Below are positions 41,999 to 51,010 of a DNA stretch of 64,000 bases, one piece after another. The notes under the pieces were generated by a model that worked only from the letters and a program-made list of their open reading frames with translations, was not told the DNA's origin and ran no database searches. A program made the translations under genes and the position numbers. The stretch comes from an uncultured Gemmatimonadales bacterium (GTDB lineage: Bacteria; Gemmatimonadota; Gemmatimonadetes; Gemmatimonadales; GWC2-71-9): the NCBI GenBank assembly GCA_963739455.1, contig CAVUAK010000001.1, positions 1,472,001-1,536,000 of the forward strand, written 5' to 3'. Positions within the stretch are counted from its first letter, which is position 1; each line of letters opens with the position of its first letter.

Positions 41999-42972
41999 AC
42001 GGTCCGTACGCCGGCACGCGCGTGCTGCTCGTCGATGTCGAGAACGATCCCACCGGCCACGCCGGGCTCCGGAAGCGGGCCCTCGAGCGGCTCGGCTGCG
42101 TCGTGGCGACCTGCGACCTCAAGGAGCGGAAGGGCCTCATTGCCCGCTGGCGTGGCGGCAACGTGCAGGACCGCCTCGGCAAGGCGGTGCTGCAGCACCA
42201 GGCGCAGCTGGTGCTTGTCATCGAGAGCGCTGAGCTCACGGCGGGCATGGTCACCAGCCTCAAGCGTGACGCCGACGCCGTCTGGGCCGCCTGGTTCATC
42301 GGCGAGACCCAGTCGATTCCGCTCATGGAGGCATTGAGCGCCGCCTACGATGTGCTCTTCGTGCCTGGCAGCGACCTCGTCCAGCAGCTTCGCGGCCCTT
42401 CCCGTCCGCCCACCATCCATCTCCCGCCGGGATGCGACCCGTCGGTGCATCGCCCCATGCGCGCGCGCGACCAGTTCCGCGCCAACGTGGTCTTCGTCGG
42501 CGCCGCCACGCCCCGCCGCGAGCAGCTGCTGGGAGAGTTGACCGGTTTCGGCCTGGCCATCTGGGGAGCTGGATGGCGCCGCACGCCGCTCAAGGACTAC
42601 TGCCGCGGCGAGTCACTCGAGCTGGACGACTACGTGCGCGCTTATGCCGGCGCGTCGGTGGCGATCAACATCCACCGCGAGGGATCCGGCAACGGCGGCA
42701 CCGCGACGGGGTGCAACCAGCGCCTCTTCGAGCTCGCGGCCATCGGTGTCCCCCAGGTCGTCGATAACCGCGTCGACCTGCCGCTCGCGTTCGACACCGG
42801 CAAGGAGTTGCTGACCTTTGAGACGGGATCGGAACTGCGCCAGCTCGTCCAGGACCTCTTGAACGATCCCACCACTGCGGAGCGCCTCGCCCAGGCCGGG
42901 CGGCGGAGGGCGCTCGCCGAGCACACGTATATGCACCGGTTGGGGGCGATACTGGGGGCGACGAAGAGATAG
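41995..42972 (+). CDS. CgeB-like glycosyltransferase
   Basis: GCDPSVH, VVFVGA, AINIH, NQRLFELAA, AEHTYMHRL. Confidence 0.85.
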   Translation: MNGPYAGTRVLLVDVENDPTGHAGLRKRALERLGCVVATCDLKERKGLIARWRGGNVQDRLGKAVLQHQAQLVLVIESAELTAGMVTSLKRDADAVWAAWFIGETQSIPLMEALSAAYDVLFVPGSDLVQQLRGPSRPPTIHLPPGCDPSVHRPMRARDQFRANVVFVGAATPRREQLLGELTGFGLAIWGAGWRRTPLKDYCRGESLELDDYVRAYAGASVAINIHREGSGNGGTATGCNQRLFELAAIGVPQVVDNRVDLPLAFDTGKELLTFETGSELRQLVQDLLNDPTTAERLAQAGRRRALAEHTYMHRLGAILGATKR

Positions 42973-43055
42973 AGTCGTCAGTCGACAGTCATCAGTCGAC
43001 AGTAAGTGGTCAGCTGCCGACTCACTGACGACTGCCGACTGTCGACTGAGAACTG
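42973..43055. repeat. Palindromic heptamer element 3
   Basis: Four GTCRNCA units, GTAA, TCAGCTG core, four complementary CTGNCGA units. Confidence 0.88.
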
Positions 43056-43936
43056 CCATATTCCCGCAAATAGTTCTCCGCCATCACCCGATGCGTAAAG
43101 AATCGCTCCACTCGCGCTCGACACGCCTCCCCCTCGATCCCCTCCACGAGCTCCCTGCCCGCGCCCAGTTCCTCCACGCTATCCCCCAGCACCCCCACAT
43201 CCGCCGACACGATCTCCGGCAGCGATCCCCGATGCGTCCCCAGCACCGGCGTTCCGCTCGCAAGAGCCTCGATCAGCGTCAACCCGAACGGTTCATCCCA
43301 TAGTGCCGGCATCCACAGGCACCGCGCCCCGGCGAGCAGCTCCACCTTTTCCATTCCCCCCACCCGTCCCGCGAACGAAATGCCGTGCCTGAGGCTCGGC
43401 CTCCACCCACCCGCCAGCACCAGCCGCCGCTTCGCCAGGCGAGCCCCCGCAATCGCCCACTTGTACCCCTTCACCGAATGCAGACGTCCCAGGAACAGGT
43501 CGTAGTCGCCCTTCTGCGACTGGAACCGGTATTCCGACAGGTCCAGCCCGTTGTAGACGAACCGCGTGCTCCCGAACCGCTGCGCATGATTGGCGCTGAG
43601 GTAGATCGTGTTCGCCGGCAGTACCGTCCCCGGTGGATAGTTGCCATGGAGCGTCCACACCAGCGGCACCGGAAGCGTGTCGGGCATCTGCCGGTGCGCA
43701 TGCACGATCTCCGCACCCGCCGGCAGGAGTCGCGAAATGTCCAGGTCCGGGCGCTGCAGCTCCGCATGCGGCAACGTCACCACCGTCGCTTCAGGTAGCG
43801 TCGAACCCTCCGGCGCGATCAGGGTCACCCGGTGCCCCATCTCCACCAGCGCCCGGGTCAGCCACACCACCACCCGCTCCGTGCCGCCGTACTTGGAGAC
43901 GGGTACCCGCTCATTCACCAGCTGGACGATGTGCAT
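43022..43936 (-). CDS. GT4 glycosyltransferase
   Basis: YGGTERVV, VYNGLD, FLGRL, WDEPFGLTLIEALASGTPV. Confidence 0.92.
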   Translation of the reverse strand: MHIVQLVNERVPVSKYGGTERVVVWLTRALVEMGHRVTLIAPEGSTLPEATVVTLPHAELQRPDLDISRLLPAGAEIVHAHRQMPDTLPVPLVWTLHGNYPPGTVLPANTIYLSANHAQRFGSTRFVYNGLDLSEYRFQSQKGDYDLFLGRLHSVKGYKWAIAGARLAKRRLVLAGGWRPSLRHGISFAGRVGGMEKVELLAGARCLWMPALWDEPFGLTLIEALASGTPVLGTHRGSLPEIVSADVGVLGDSVEELGAGRELVEGIEGEACRARVERFFTHRVMAENYLREYGSSQSTVGSRQ

Positions 43937-43956
43937 GCGACGAGTATAAGCGAGAC

Positions 43957-44046
43957 CAGTCGTCAGTCATCAGTCGGCAGTCGTCAGTAAGTCATCAGCT
44001 GTCAGCTGCCCTCTCTCTGCCGACTGCCGACTGTCGACTGCCGACT
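43957..44046. repeat. Palindromic heptamer element 4
   Basis: Same architecture as element 3, sharing CAGTCATCAGTCG, CAGTAAGT and CTGCCGACTGTCGACTG. Confidence 0.88.
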
Positions 44047-44066
44047 CTATCGTGTTATTCTCGTTC

Positions 44067-44918
44067 ATGTCCCCCATCTCCGGCCTTACATTCGTCTCCA
44101 ACGCCATCAAGCTCGACTTTCCCGTCGTCCCAGCCATTCACTCCATTCTCCCCCTCTGCGACGAGCTCGTCGTCAACGTCGGCCCCTCCGACGACGCCAC
44201 CCTCGACCTCATTCACGGCATCGACGATCCCCGCATTCGCGTCATTCACGGCGAATGGGACCGGGGCGCCGGCAGCCGCATGCTTTCCATTGAGACCCAG
44301 CGTGCCCTCGACGCCGCGCGCGGTGACTGGGCCGTCTATATCCAGGCCGACGAGGTCCTGCACGAGGACGGTATCCCCATCCTCCGGAACGCCATCGCCG
44401 AAGCCGGCGACGACCCCCGCATCGAGGGTTTGCTTCTCGACTACCGCCACTTCTACGGTTCCTTTGACTGGATCGCCACCAATCGCACCTGGTATCGCGA
44501 CGAGGTCCGCGTCGTCCGCCTCGGCGCTGGCGTCCACAGCTTCCGCGATGCCCAGGGTTTCCGTGTCGGACCCGACGATCGCCGCATCCGTGCTCGCCGC
44601 ACCCGCGCGGTCATGCACCACTACGGCTGGGCCCGCCCCAATTGGGCGCTCGACCAGAAACGCGCCACCGACGCCACCATCTACGAGGGCAGGGTCGCGC
44701 CCACCGCGCCGGTGAAGCTCGAGTGGATCGCCGGCCTCTCTCGTTTCAAGGGAACCCATCCCGCCGTCGCCCGCGAATGGATCGCCGCCCGCACCGGACC
44801 ACCCGTTGAGTTCGGCCCCGTGCGGCTCCGTGGCCAGCTTCGCCTCATCGCATCCGGCGTGCTCGAGCAGTTCACCGGATGGCGGCCATTCCCTTACCGC
44901 AACTACGTCGAAGTGTGA
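44067..44918 (+). CDS. GT2-like glycosyltransferase
   Basis: ISGLTFVSNA, SILPLCDE, YIQADEVLHE, HHYGWAR. Confidence 0.85.
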   Translation: MSPISGLTFVSNAIKLDFPVVPAIHSILPLCDELVVNVGPSDDATLDLIHGIDDPRIRVIHGEWDRGAGSRMLSIETQRALDAARGDWAVYIQADEVLHEDGIPILRNAIAEAGDDPRIEGLLLDYRHFYGSFDWIATNRTWYRDEVRVVRLGAGVHSFRDAQGFRVGPDDRRIRARRTRAVMHHYGWARPNWALDQKRATDATIYEGRVAPTAPVKLEWIAGLSRFKGTHPAVAREWIAARTGPPVEFGPVRLRGQLRLIASGVLEQFTGWRPFPYRNYVEV

Positions 44919-45868
44919 GCCGCCCACTCCAGGGACTCCGCGTCCTGCTCGTGGCCTCCTTCAATCGCAGGTACCACCAGATCGGCTTCGACCTGGCGCG
45001 TGCCCTGCGCAACCTCGGCTGCGTCGTGGCGCGCCAGGAGGATGGCCGTCGCTGGATCTACTCCCTCTGGAATGTTCCGCTGGAGACGAGACTCGAGCGC
45101 GCCCTCCGTCGTCATGCGCCAGACATCGTCCTTGTGTACAAGGGTGAGCGCCTCGATCCCGCAGCCATCGCGAGGTTGAGGACACATTCGGCGGCGCGGT
45201 GGGCCAACTGGTTTCCCGACGATCCCCATCTCCTCGAGCTGAGCCTCAGGCTGGCGCCGGCCTACGACGCCTTCTTCACCCACGACAGCTACAGTGCTGC
45301 GCTGCATCGTGAGCGCGCCTACCCGACGCACTACCTGCCGTTCGGCGTCGATCCCGATCGCCTCCACCCCGTCGCTGTGCCACCTCAGCAGCGCTCCGCC
45401 CTCGCCTTCGTCGGAACCCGCGACGTCCCTCGCGCCCACCTGCTCGATTCCATCGCGGACCTCGATCTCTCAGCCTGGGGTCCCGGCTGGCCCCGCGGTC
45501 CCCTCTACGGGAACGAGTTCATCCGCGCGCTCGGCGGCGCCGACATCGGCCTCAACGTGCACCAGCAGGTGCCCCCGCTCGGTGATCCCGCTCGCTACGG
45601 TCACGGTGCCAACCTCCGCGTCTTCGAGCTCGCATCACTCGGCACACCACAGCTCTGCGACGCGAAGGCCGATATCAGCCCCCTCCTTGAGCCCGATCGC
45701 GAGATCGCACTCTACCGCGACGTCGCCGAGTTGCGTGCGCAGGTGGAACGCATGAGAAGGGATCCTGCCTGGAGGGCATCGCTCGGAGCCGCTGCTCGAC
45801 AGCGCGTGCTCGCCGAGCACACCTGGGAGCATCGCCTCCGCAATCTCATCGCGATCGCGCTGCCGTGA
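44915..45868 (+). CDS. CgeB-like glycosyltransferase
   Basis: WFPDDP, YLPFGVDP, IGLNVH, NLRVFELA, EHTWEHRL. Confidence 0.85.
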   Translation: MSRPLQGLRVLLVASFNRRYHQIGFDLARALRNLGCVVARQEDGRRWIYSLWNVPLETRLERALRRHAPDIVLVYKGERLDPAAIARLRTHSAARWANWFPDDPHLLELSLRLAPAYDAFFTHDSYSAALHRERAYPTHYLPFGVDPDRLHPVAVPPQQRSALAFVGTRDVPRAHLLDSIADLDLSAWGPGWPRGPLYGNEFIRALGGADIGLNVHQQVPPLGDPARYGHGANLRVFELASLGTPQLCDAKADISPLLEPDREIALYRDVAELRAQVERMRRDPAWRASLGAAARQRVLAEHTWEHRLRNLIAIALP

Positions 45869-45875
45869 GCTCGCC

Positions 45876-46860
45876 GTGCTGACCGTGAAGATTTCCACCG
45901 CCGCGCGCGACTGGCCCTGGCTCCGCCAGACGCCCGGTGGCACCGGCGTCTGGGGCAATTGCCGCTTTGTCGTCGACGAGCCAGTCGAGTCCTGCGACCT
46001 CTGGGTGGTCTACGACGGACTGCTCGAGTCGGAGACGACGACGTGTCCCCCGGGAGCGACCCTGCTCATCACGGCGGAGCCTCCCGGCGTGAAGCTCTAC
46101 CGCCCCGGTTTCGTGGAACAGTTCGGATGCCGTGCGCACCACTCATCGGCAGCTTGTGCATCCGCACGTCACGCTCGGCCAGCCCGCACTGCCCTGGCAC
46201 GTCGGACGCCGCCAGCAGGGTCATCGCAACATCGAGTTCACCTGGAACTACGACGAGCTGAAGGGATTCAGTACCGGCCCGAAGGAGCGCCTCATCTCGG
46301 TGATCAGTTCGGACAAGACGCAGACCGCGGGGCACCGTCGCCGCCTGGAACTGGTGCGTCACCTCAAGGCGCATTTCGGCGATCGGCTCGATGTGTTCGG
46401 GCGGGGCATTCGCGAGGTGGAAGACAAGTGGGACGCGATCGCGCCCTATCGCTATCACATCGCACTCGAGAACGGCGTCTATCCGCACTACTGGACGGAA
46501 AAGCTCTCCGATGCCTTCCTGGCCGGCGCCTTCCCCCTCTACCTCGGCTGTCCCAACGTGGGAGAGTACTTTCCCGCCGGCAGCTTCGCCCCGCTCGATG
46601 CGAACGACGCCGCGCGCGCCATCACCACTATCGAACAGGCCATCGCCGATCAGCGTTACGAGCGCTCCCTCGGCGACGTCGCGGAGGCCCGTCGACTCGT
46701 GCTCGATCGCTACAATCTCTTTCCGCTCCTCGCTGATATGCTCGCCGCCTCACCACCGGTCGGCGAACGAGTACGAACCACGCTCAGGCCCGAGACCGAT
46801 TTCCCTCGAAGGGGGAAGCTCCGGCGGATACTACAGCGCTGGCGCGAAGGTCGCGGCTGA
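45876..46860 (+). CDS. GT10-family (alpha-1,3-fucosyltransferase-like) glycosyltransferase, frameshift near 46130
   Basis: YRYHIALEN...YWTEKLSDAF...PLYLGCPN GT10 signature. Confidence 0.8.
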
Positions 46861-47562
46861 TCGCTCGATCAGGAACATCCCGCAGGCATAGTTCTGGTCT
46901 CGCACGTCCGCTGGTGCCGCCTCCGGCCGGAACCGCCCCGCGTCATCCACCGCTGCGAACTCGCGCAGCGTCAGCCCCTCTTCCGCGATCCACTCCACGA
47001 TGGTCACCGGGTCATGTACCCGGTGCGCGTTGAACACCACGCTCGGCCTGCCCACCGGCAGGCCGAAGTAGAACCGGCCATCCGGAGCCAGCACCCGGGA
47101 CAGCTCGGCAAACGCCTTTCGCGTGCCGAGCGGATCGATCGGGTCTCCGTAGCGACCCAGGCCGACGTGTTCCGCGACGTGGAGACAGGACAGGGAAGAC
47201 ACGCTGTGGTCGGGGAAGGGAAGGCTCAGCACCGTTCCCGCCCGGGACTCGAGGTTCTCGACCTCTCCCAGGAACGGTCGCACGTCGATGAACACCACAG
47301 GGGCGACACTCGCAAGACAGGTAACCCACCCGATCTGTCCCGCCACGTCGACGTGCTGCGACGGGTGTGCGCGCGTGATGTGCCGGAAGGCCCAGGCGCC
47401 GAGGTAGACGTAGTGCGCGTCGAACCCGTGGGAGGCAGTGCGTTCCTCCAGCATCGGCTTGAGGGTCACAAGGCGCCACGGCTCGGCGCCGGGTGCCCGC
47501 ATGTATGACCGGAGGTCTTGCAGGTATCTTGGCAGGCTCAGGAGCCGGGTGAGCGGCTTCAT
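46831..47562 (-). CDS. DUF268 / class I SAM-dependent methyltransferase-like protein
   Basis: FDAHY, SLSCLHVAEHVGLGRYGDPIDP, FNAHRV. Confidence 0.8.
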   Translation of the reverse strand: MKPLTRLLSLPRYLQDLRSYMRAPGAEPWRLVTLKPMLEERTASHGFDAHYVYLGAWAFRHITRAHPSQHVDVAGQIGWVTCLASVAPVVFIDVRPFLGEVENLESRAGTVLSLPFPDHSVSSLSCLHVAEHVGLGRYGDPIDPLGTRKAFAELSRVLAPDGRFYFGLPVGRPSVVFNAHRVHDPVTIVEWIAEEGLTLREFAAVDDAGRFRPEAAPADVRDQNYACGMFLIERSAATFAPAL

Positions 47563-47588
47563 GCGCGTCCTCTCAGGGCAGGAGACCC

Positions 47589-48473
47589 ATGCTGGTTGCC
47601 AACCTGGTCGGCGGTCTCGGAAACCAGATGTTCCAGTACGCCTCGGCCTGGGCACTGGCGAGCGAGCACAGCATGGAGCTCAAGCTCGACATTTCCGATT
47701 TTCACCGCTTTCCTCCGCGTCGGTACCTGCTCGATCACTTCAATGTTGACGCTGTCATGGCTCGGCCCGATGAGCTCAAGATGTTCGACAAGGACTCGAA
47801 CCGTTTCCGCGCCTCGACCCGGAAGTTCGTGGCTCGGCTCCGCGGCATCAACCGCGTCACCGGCCGCACCATCTTCGAGCGCGGTTTCCCCTGGCAGAGA
47901 ATCCCGCTTGACCGTGCCGTCGACACCATGCTCATCGGGTACTGGCAGTCCGAGCGCTATTTCTTGCCCATGGAGCGCCAGGTCCGCCATGTCTTCACGC
48001 TTCGGGCGCCACCGGATGAGCGCACTCAGCGCATGCTCGAGGACATCGACCGCCACCGCGCCATCAGCCTTCACGTGCGCCGCGGGGACTACGCCTCCAA
48101 TCCCGTGGTCCAGGCGAAGCACGGCCTCCTGGGCCTGGATTACTACGCCGCCGCCGTGGCACATATTCTGGCACTGGAGCCGAACGCGAAGTTCTATGTC
48201 TTCTCCGACGACATGGAGTGGGTCCGCGCCAATCTCCCCATCGCCGCGCCGGTCGAGCATGTCGACCTGAACGGTCCCGACGAGCCGCATGAAGATTTGC
48301 GCCTCATGAGCCGCTGCCGCCATCACATCATTGCCAATAGCAGCCTCAGCTGGTGGGGTGCCTGGCTCAACCCCGATCCTGCGAAGGTCGTCATCGCCCC
48401 GCGGCAATGGTTCACTCCCGAATCCCGCCGCGACGCCCGCGACATCGTTCCCCCCACCTGGCTGCGCATCTAG
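47589..48473 (+). CDS. GT11 alpha-1,2-fucosyltransferase
   Basis: GGLGNQMFQYA, GYWQSERYF, HVRRGDY, FSDD, IIANSSLSWWGAWL. Confidence 0.93.
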   Translation: MLVANLVGGLGNQMFQYASAWALASEHSMELKLDISDFHRFPPRRYLLDHFNVDAVMARPDELKMFDKDSNRFRASTRKFVARLRGINRVTGRTIFERGFPWQRIPLDRAVDTMLIGYWQSERYFLPMERQVRHVFTLRAPPDERTQRMLEDIDRHRAISLHVRRGDYASNPVVQAKHGLLGLDYYAAAVAHILALEPNAKFYVFSDDMEWVRANLPIAAPVEHVDLNGPDEPHEDLRLMSRCRHHIIANSSLSWWGAWLNPDPAKVVIAPRQWFTPESRRDARDIVPPTWLRI

Positions 48474-48481
48474 TATCGTCG

Positions 48482-48565
48482 CCCTCACCCCTCACCCCTC
48501 ACCCCTCACCCCTCACCCCTCACCCCTCACCCCTCACCCCTCACCCTTAACTCTTAACCCCTAAC
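48482..48565. repeat. (CCCTCAC)9 plus three degenerate units (CCTTAAC TCTTAAC CCCTAAC)
   Basis: Directly visible heptamer array in the intergenic gap. Confidence 0.95.
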
Positions 48566-48606
48566 CCTGTACCGTTCGCTGTCCCCGGCCGGAGATCCCA
48601 AAGAAA

Positions 48607-49797
48607 ATGCGCCCCCAGCTCCTGCTCACTTCAGAGTTCCCCCCGATGTCCGGTGGCATAGCCCGCTGGATGGGCGAACTCGCGCGCCGCTATCCCCAGG
48701 GCAGCATGGTCGTGAGCACAGGCCAGGTTCCCGACAGCGACGAGGTGGATGAGCGCCTCCCCAATCGCGTCGATCGCCTCGCCATGCCGGTCAAGCGCCT
48801 CAAGACCCTCCCGGGCATTCTCCACTGGTCACGCCACGCCTCCGTCCTCGCCCGCACCCTCGACGCCGAATTCATCTGGTGCGGAACCCTCAAGCCCTCG
48901 GCATATCCCGCCAAGTGGGTCCGCGAGCGTGTCGGTACGCCGTTCGGCGTCATCGCCCATGGCAGTGATTTCCTGACACTCCGGCACGAGACCCATCGCT
49001 CCGCCATCAAGCGCCGTGTCGCGCAGGGACTGCTCGAGGCCGCGTCGGTCATCGTGGCGAACAGCAACTGGACCCGCGATCTCTGCCTCTCTGTGCTCGG
49101 CGAGCTCGGCGTTACCCTGTCGGAAGATCGTGTCCGCGTTGTACCGCTTGGCACTGATCCCGAGTTCTTCCGCGCTGGCATCGACACGAAGGGGGTGCAG
49201 CAGAAGTACGGACTCGAGGCGGGACGCTGGCTCCTCACTGTCGCCCCGCTCGCGCCTAGCAAGGGTGTCGATACCGTGTTGCGTGCCCTTGCCGCCGCCA
49301 ACGGCGAGTTCGGAGATCTTCGCTATGCCGTGGTTGGTGCCGGTGCCGAGTTGGCGCCGCTCAAGGCATTGGCAAAGAAGCTCGGCGTCACTCAGCGTGT
49401 GAAGTTCCTCACTGAGGTTCCCGACGCTGACCTTCCCGCGCTCTACAACCTTGCCACCGCGTACGTGGGGCTCTCGCGTCAGACCGGCCTCGACGTCGAG
49501 GGCTTCGGTATCTCGTTCGCCGAAGCGGCGGCGTGTGGGCTGCCGGTCATCGCGGCGCGGAGCGGTGGCATTCCAGATGTCGTGGCTGATGGTGAGACGG
49601 GACTTCTCGTCAACGCAGAGAAGCCCGACGAGATCGTGAAGGCGCTTGGGAGGTTGCTGAAGGATTCCAAGCTGGCGTCGAAGTTGGGCAAGGAGGGCAG
49701 GGCGAGGGTCGAGCGTTTCCAGAACTGGGATCGTGTCACGCGCGACTTGCGCGCGATCGCCCAGGAGTTCGCCGGCGACGTAGCGAGATCGGGCTGA
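48607..49797 (+). CDS. GT4 glycosyltransferase (PimB-like)
   Basis: FPPMSGGIA, KGVD, EGFGISFAEAAACGLPVIA..SGG. Confidence 0.92.
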   Translation: MRPQLLLTSEFPPMSGGIARWMGELARRYPQGSMVVSTGQVPDSDEVDERLPNRVDRLAMPVKRLKTLPGILHWSRHASVLARTLDAEFIWCGTLKPSAYPAKWVRERVGTPFGVIAHGSDFLTLRHETHRSAIKRRVAQGLLEAASVIVANSNWTRDLCLSVLGELGVTLSEDRVRVVPLGTDPEFFRAGIDTKGVQQKYGLEAGRWLLTVAPLAPSKGVDTVLRALAAANGEFGDLRYAVVGAGAELAPLKALAKKLGVTQRVKFLTEVPDADLPALYNLATAYVGLSRQTGLDVEGFGISFAEAAACGLPVIAARSGGIPDVVADGETGLLVNAEKPDEIVKALGRLLKDSKLASKLGKEGRARVERFQNWDRVTRDLRAIAQEFAGDVARSG

Positions 49798-49822
49798 GAG
49801 GGGCGCCCCGCCCGACTGGCCC

Positions 49823-50884
49823 CTACCCTCCGTGCTCCACATGAATCGCATGCGTCGGACAATGACTCACATAAGTCCCGTCAACCGGTGACCACTGGTG
49901 AACTGGCGCGATCACATGCGCCCGCCCATCCGACCCCATCCTGAACACCTCTGGCGCCCACAGCGCGCACGCCCCGCACCCCACGCACTTCGACGCCTCG
50001 ACGGCGATCTTCACCGGCCGACGCGGGTGGATCCCTGGCCCCAGCTTCTCCAGCGATCCCCCCACCAGGTCCAGCGCTGCCGACATCGACCGGTATCCTT
50101 CGTCGATCAGTTCCGCCGTCTTGTCGAACGCGAACATCGAGATGTGCCCGACCCGTGGCTGCACCAGCATCAGCGGCGGTGACTGCCAGTACTTCAGTCC
50201 CTCGGCGCTTTGCGCCTGCATCACCATTTCCAGCCCCCGGATGTACGTCGCCGCGAACCCCTGCGACTCCGTGTCGCTCCGCTCCAGGTCGAACGGCCCC
50301 AGCGGGTTCAGGTTCACCGCGATGATCGGTCCCTTGCCCGCGCTCGCCGCGATGCGGAGCGGCAGGTTCTCCACTACGGCGCCGTCCACGTAGTAGCGCC
50401 CCTTGATCAGCCGCGGCGGCAGGATTCCCGGCAGTGCGCACGACGCGAAGACGGCGTCGGCCACCCGCACATCTTCCAGTCCCGGCAGCCCCCAGAGCAC
50501 CTGGGCACCCGAGTTCAGGTCCACCGTGTTCACCAGCAGTTGCCGCGGCAGCTCCCGGAACGTCAGGTCCGCCACCAGTCCGTTGAGCAGTAACTCCAGT
50601 GGCTCGCGCCGGTATATCGCGGGGGCCTGCATGCGCCGGAGCGCCATGTCCGCATGCGCCACCGCAAACACGTGGCGCCGCTTCACCTCCATCGCCCGGA
50701 TCCGCATCTCGGCGCCCGACATCCCGGTCGCCCACGTCGCGGCCACCATCGCGCCCATGCTCGAGCCCACCACCAGGCTCGGCACCAGGCCACGCTCCTC
50801 GAGGGCCAGCAGCACCCCAACGTGCGACAGCCCCTTGAGGCCACCGCCGCTCAGGACGAGCTTGAACTCTGGTGAGATGTTCAT
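49823..50884 (-). CDS. Patatin-like phospholipase with fused C-terminal ferredoxin domain
   Basis: SGGGLKG, GSSMG, ASCALPG, VDGA. Tail CVGCGAC...APEVF...CPTHAI. Confidence 0.9.
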   Translation of the reverse strand: MNISPEFKLVLSGGGLKGLSHVGVLLALEERGLVPSLVVGSSMGAMVAATWATGMSGAEMRIRAMEVKRRHVFAVAHADMALRRMQAPAIYRREPLELLLNGLVADLTFRELPRQLLVNTVDLNSGAQVLWGLPGLEDVRVADAVFASCALPGILPPRLIKGRYYVDGAVVENLPLRIAASAGKGPIIAVNLNPLGPFDLERSDTESQGFAATYIRGLEMVMQAQSAEGLKYWQSPPLMLVQPRVGHISMFAFDKTAELIDEGYRSMSAALDLVGGSLEKLGPGIHPRRPVKIAVEASKCVGCGACALWAPEVFRMGSDGRAHVIAPVHQWSPVDGTYVSHCPTHAIHVEHGG

Positions 50885-51010
50885 GGTGACATTGACGCGG
50901 CGAGAAATGGGCCGGACTTTACATCGGAGGTGTGCTGCAGTGACGCCGTCATATCTAAGAATAGCGGGTTCAATGACTTATTCGACGACGCATCCCACCC
51001 GGTCGGTTGC

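Noticed and set aside
36862..44046. Classical integron with attC sites
   Set aside because: No integrase in the window, and I could not identify RYYYAAC/GTTRRRY boundaries on the palindromes.
49823..50884. CBASS CapV-type patatin effector
   Set aside because: No CD-NTase or other CBASS gene nearby, and the sequence looks like the RssA/NTE-type patatins.
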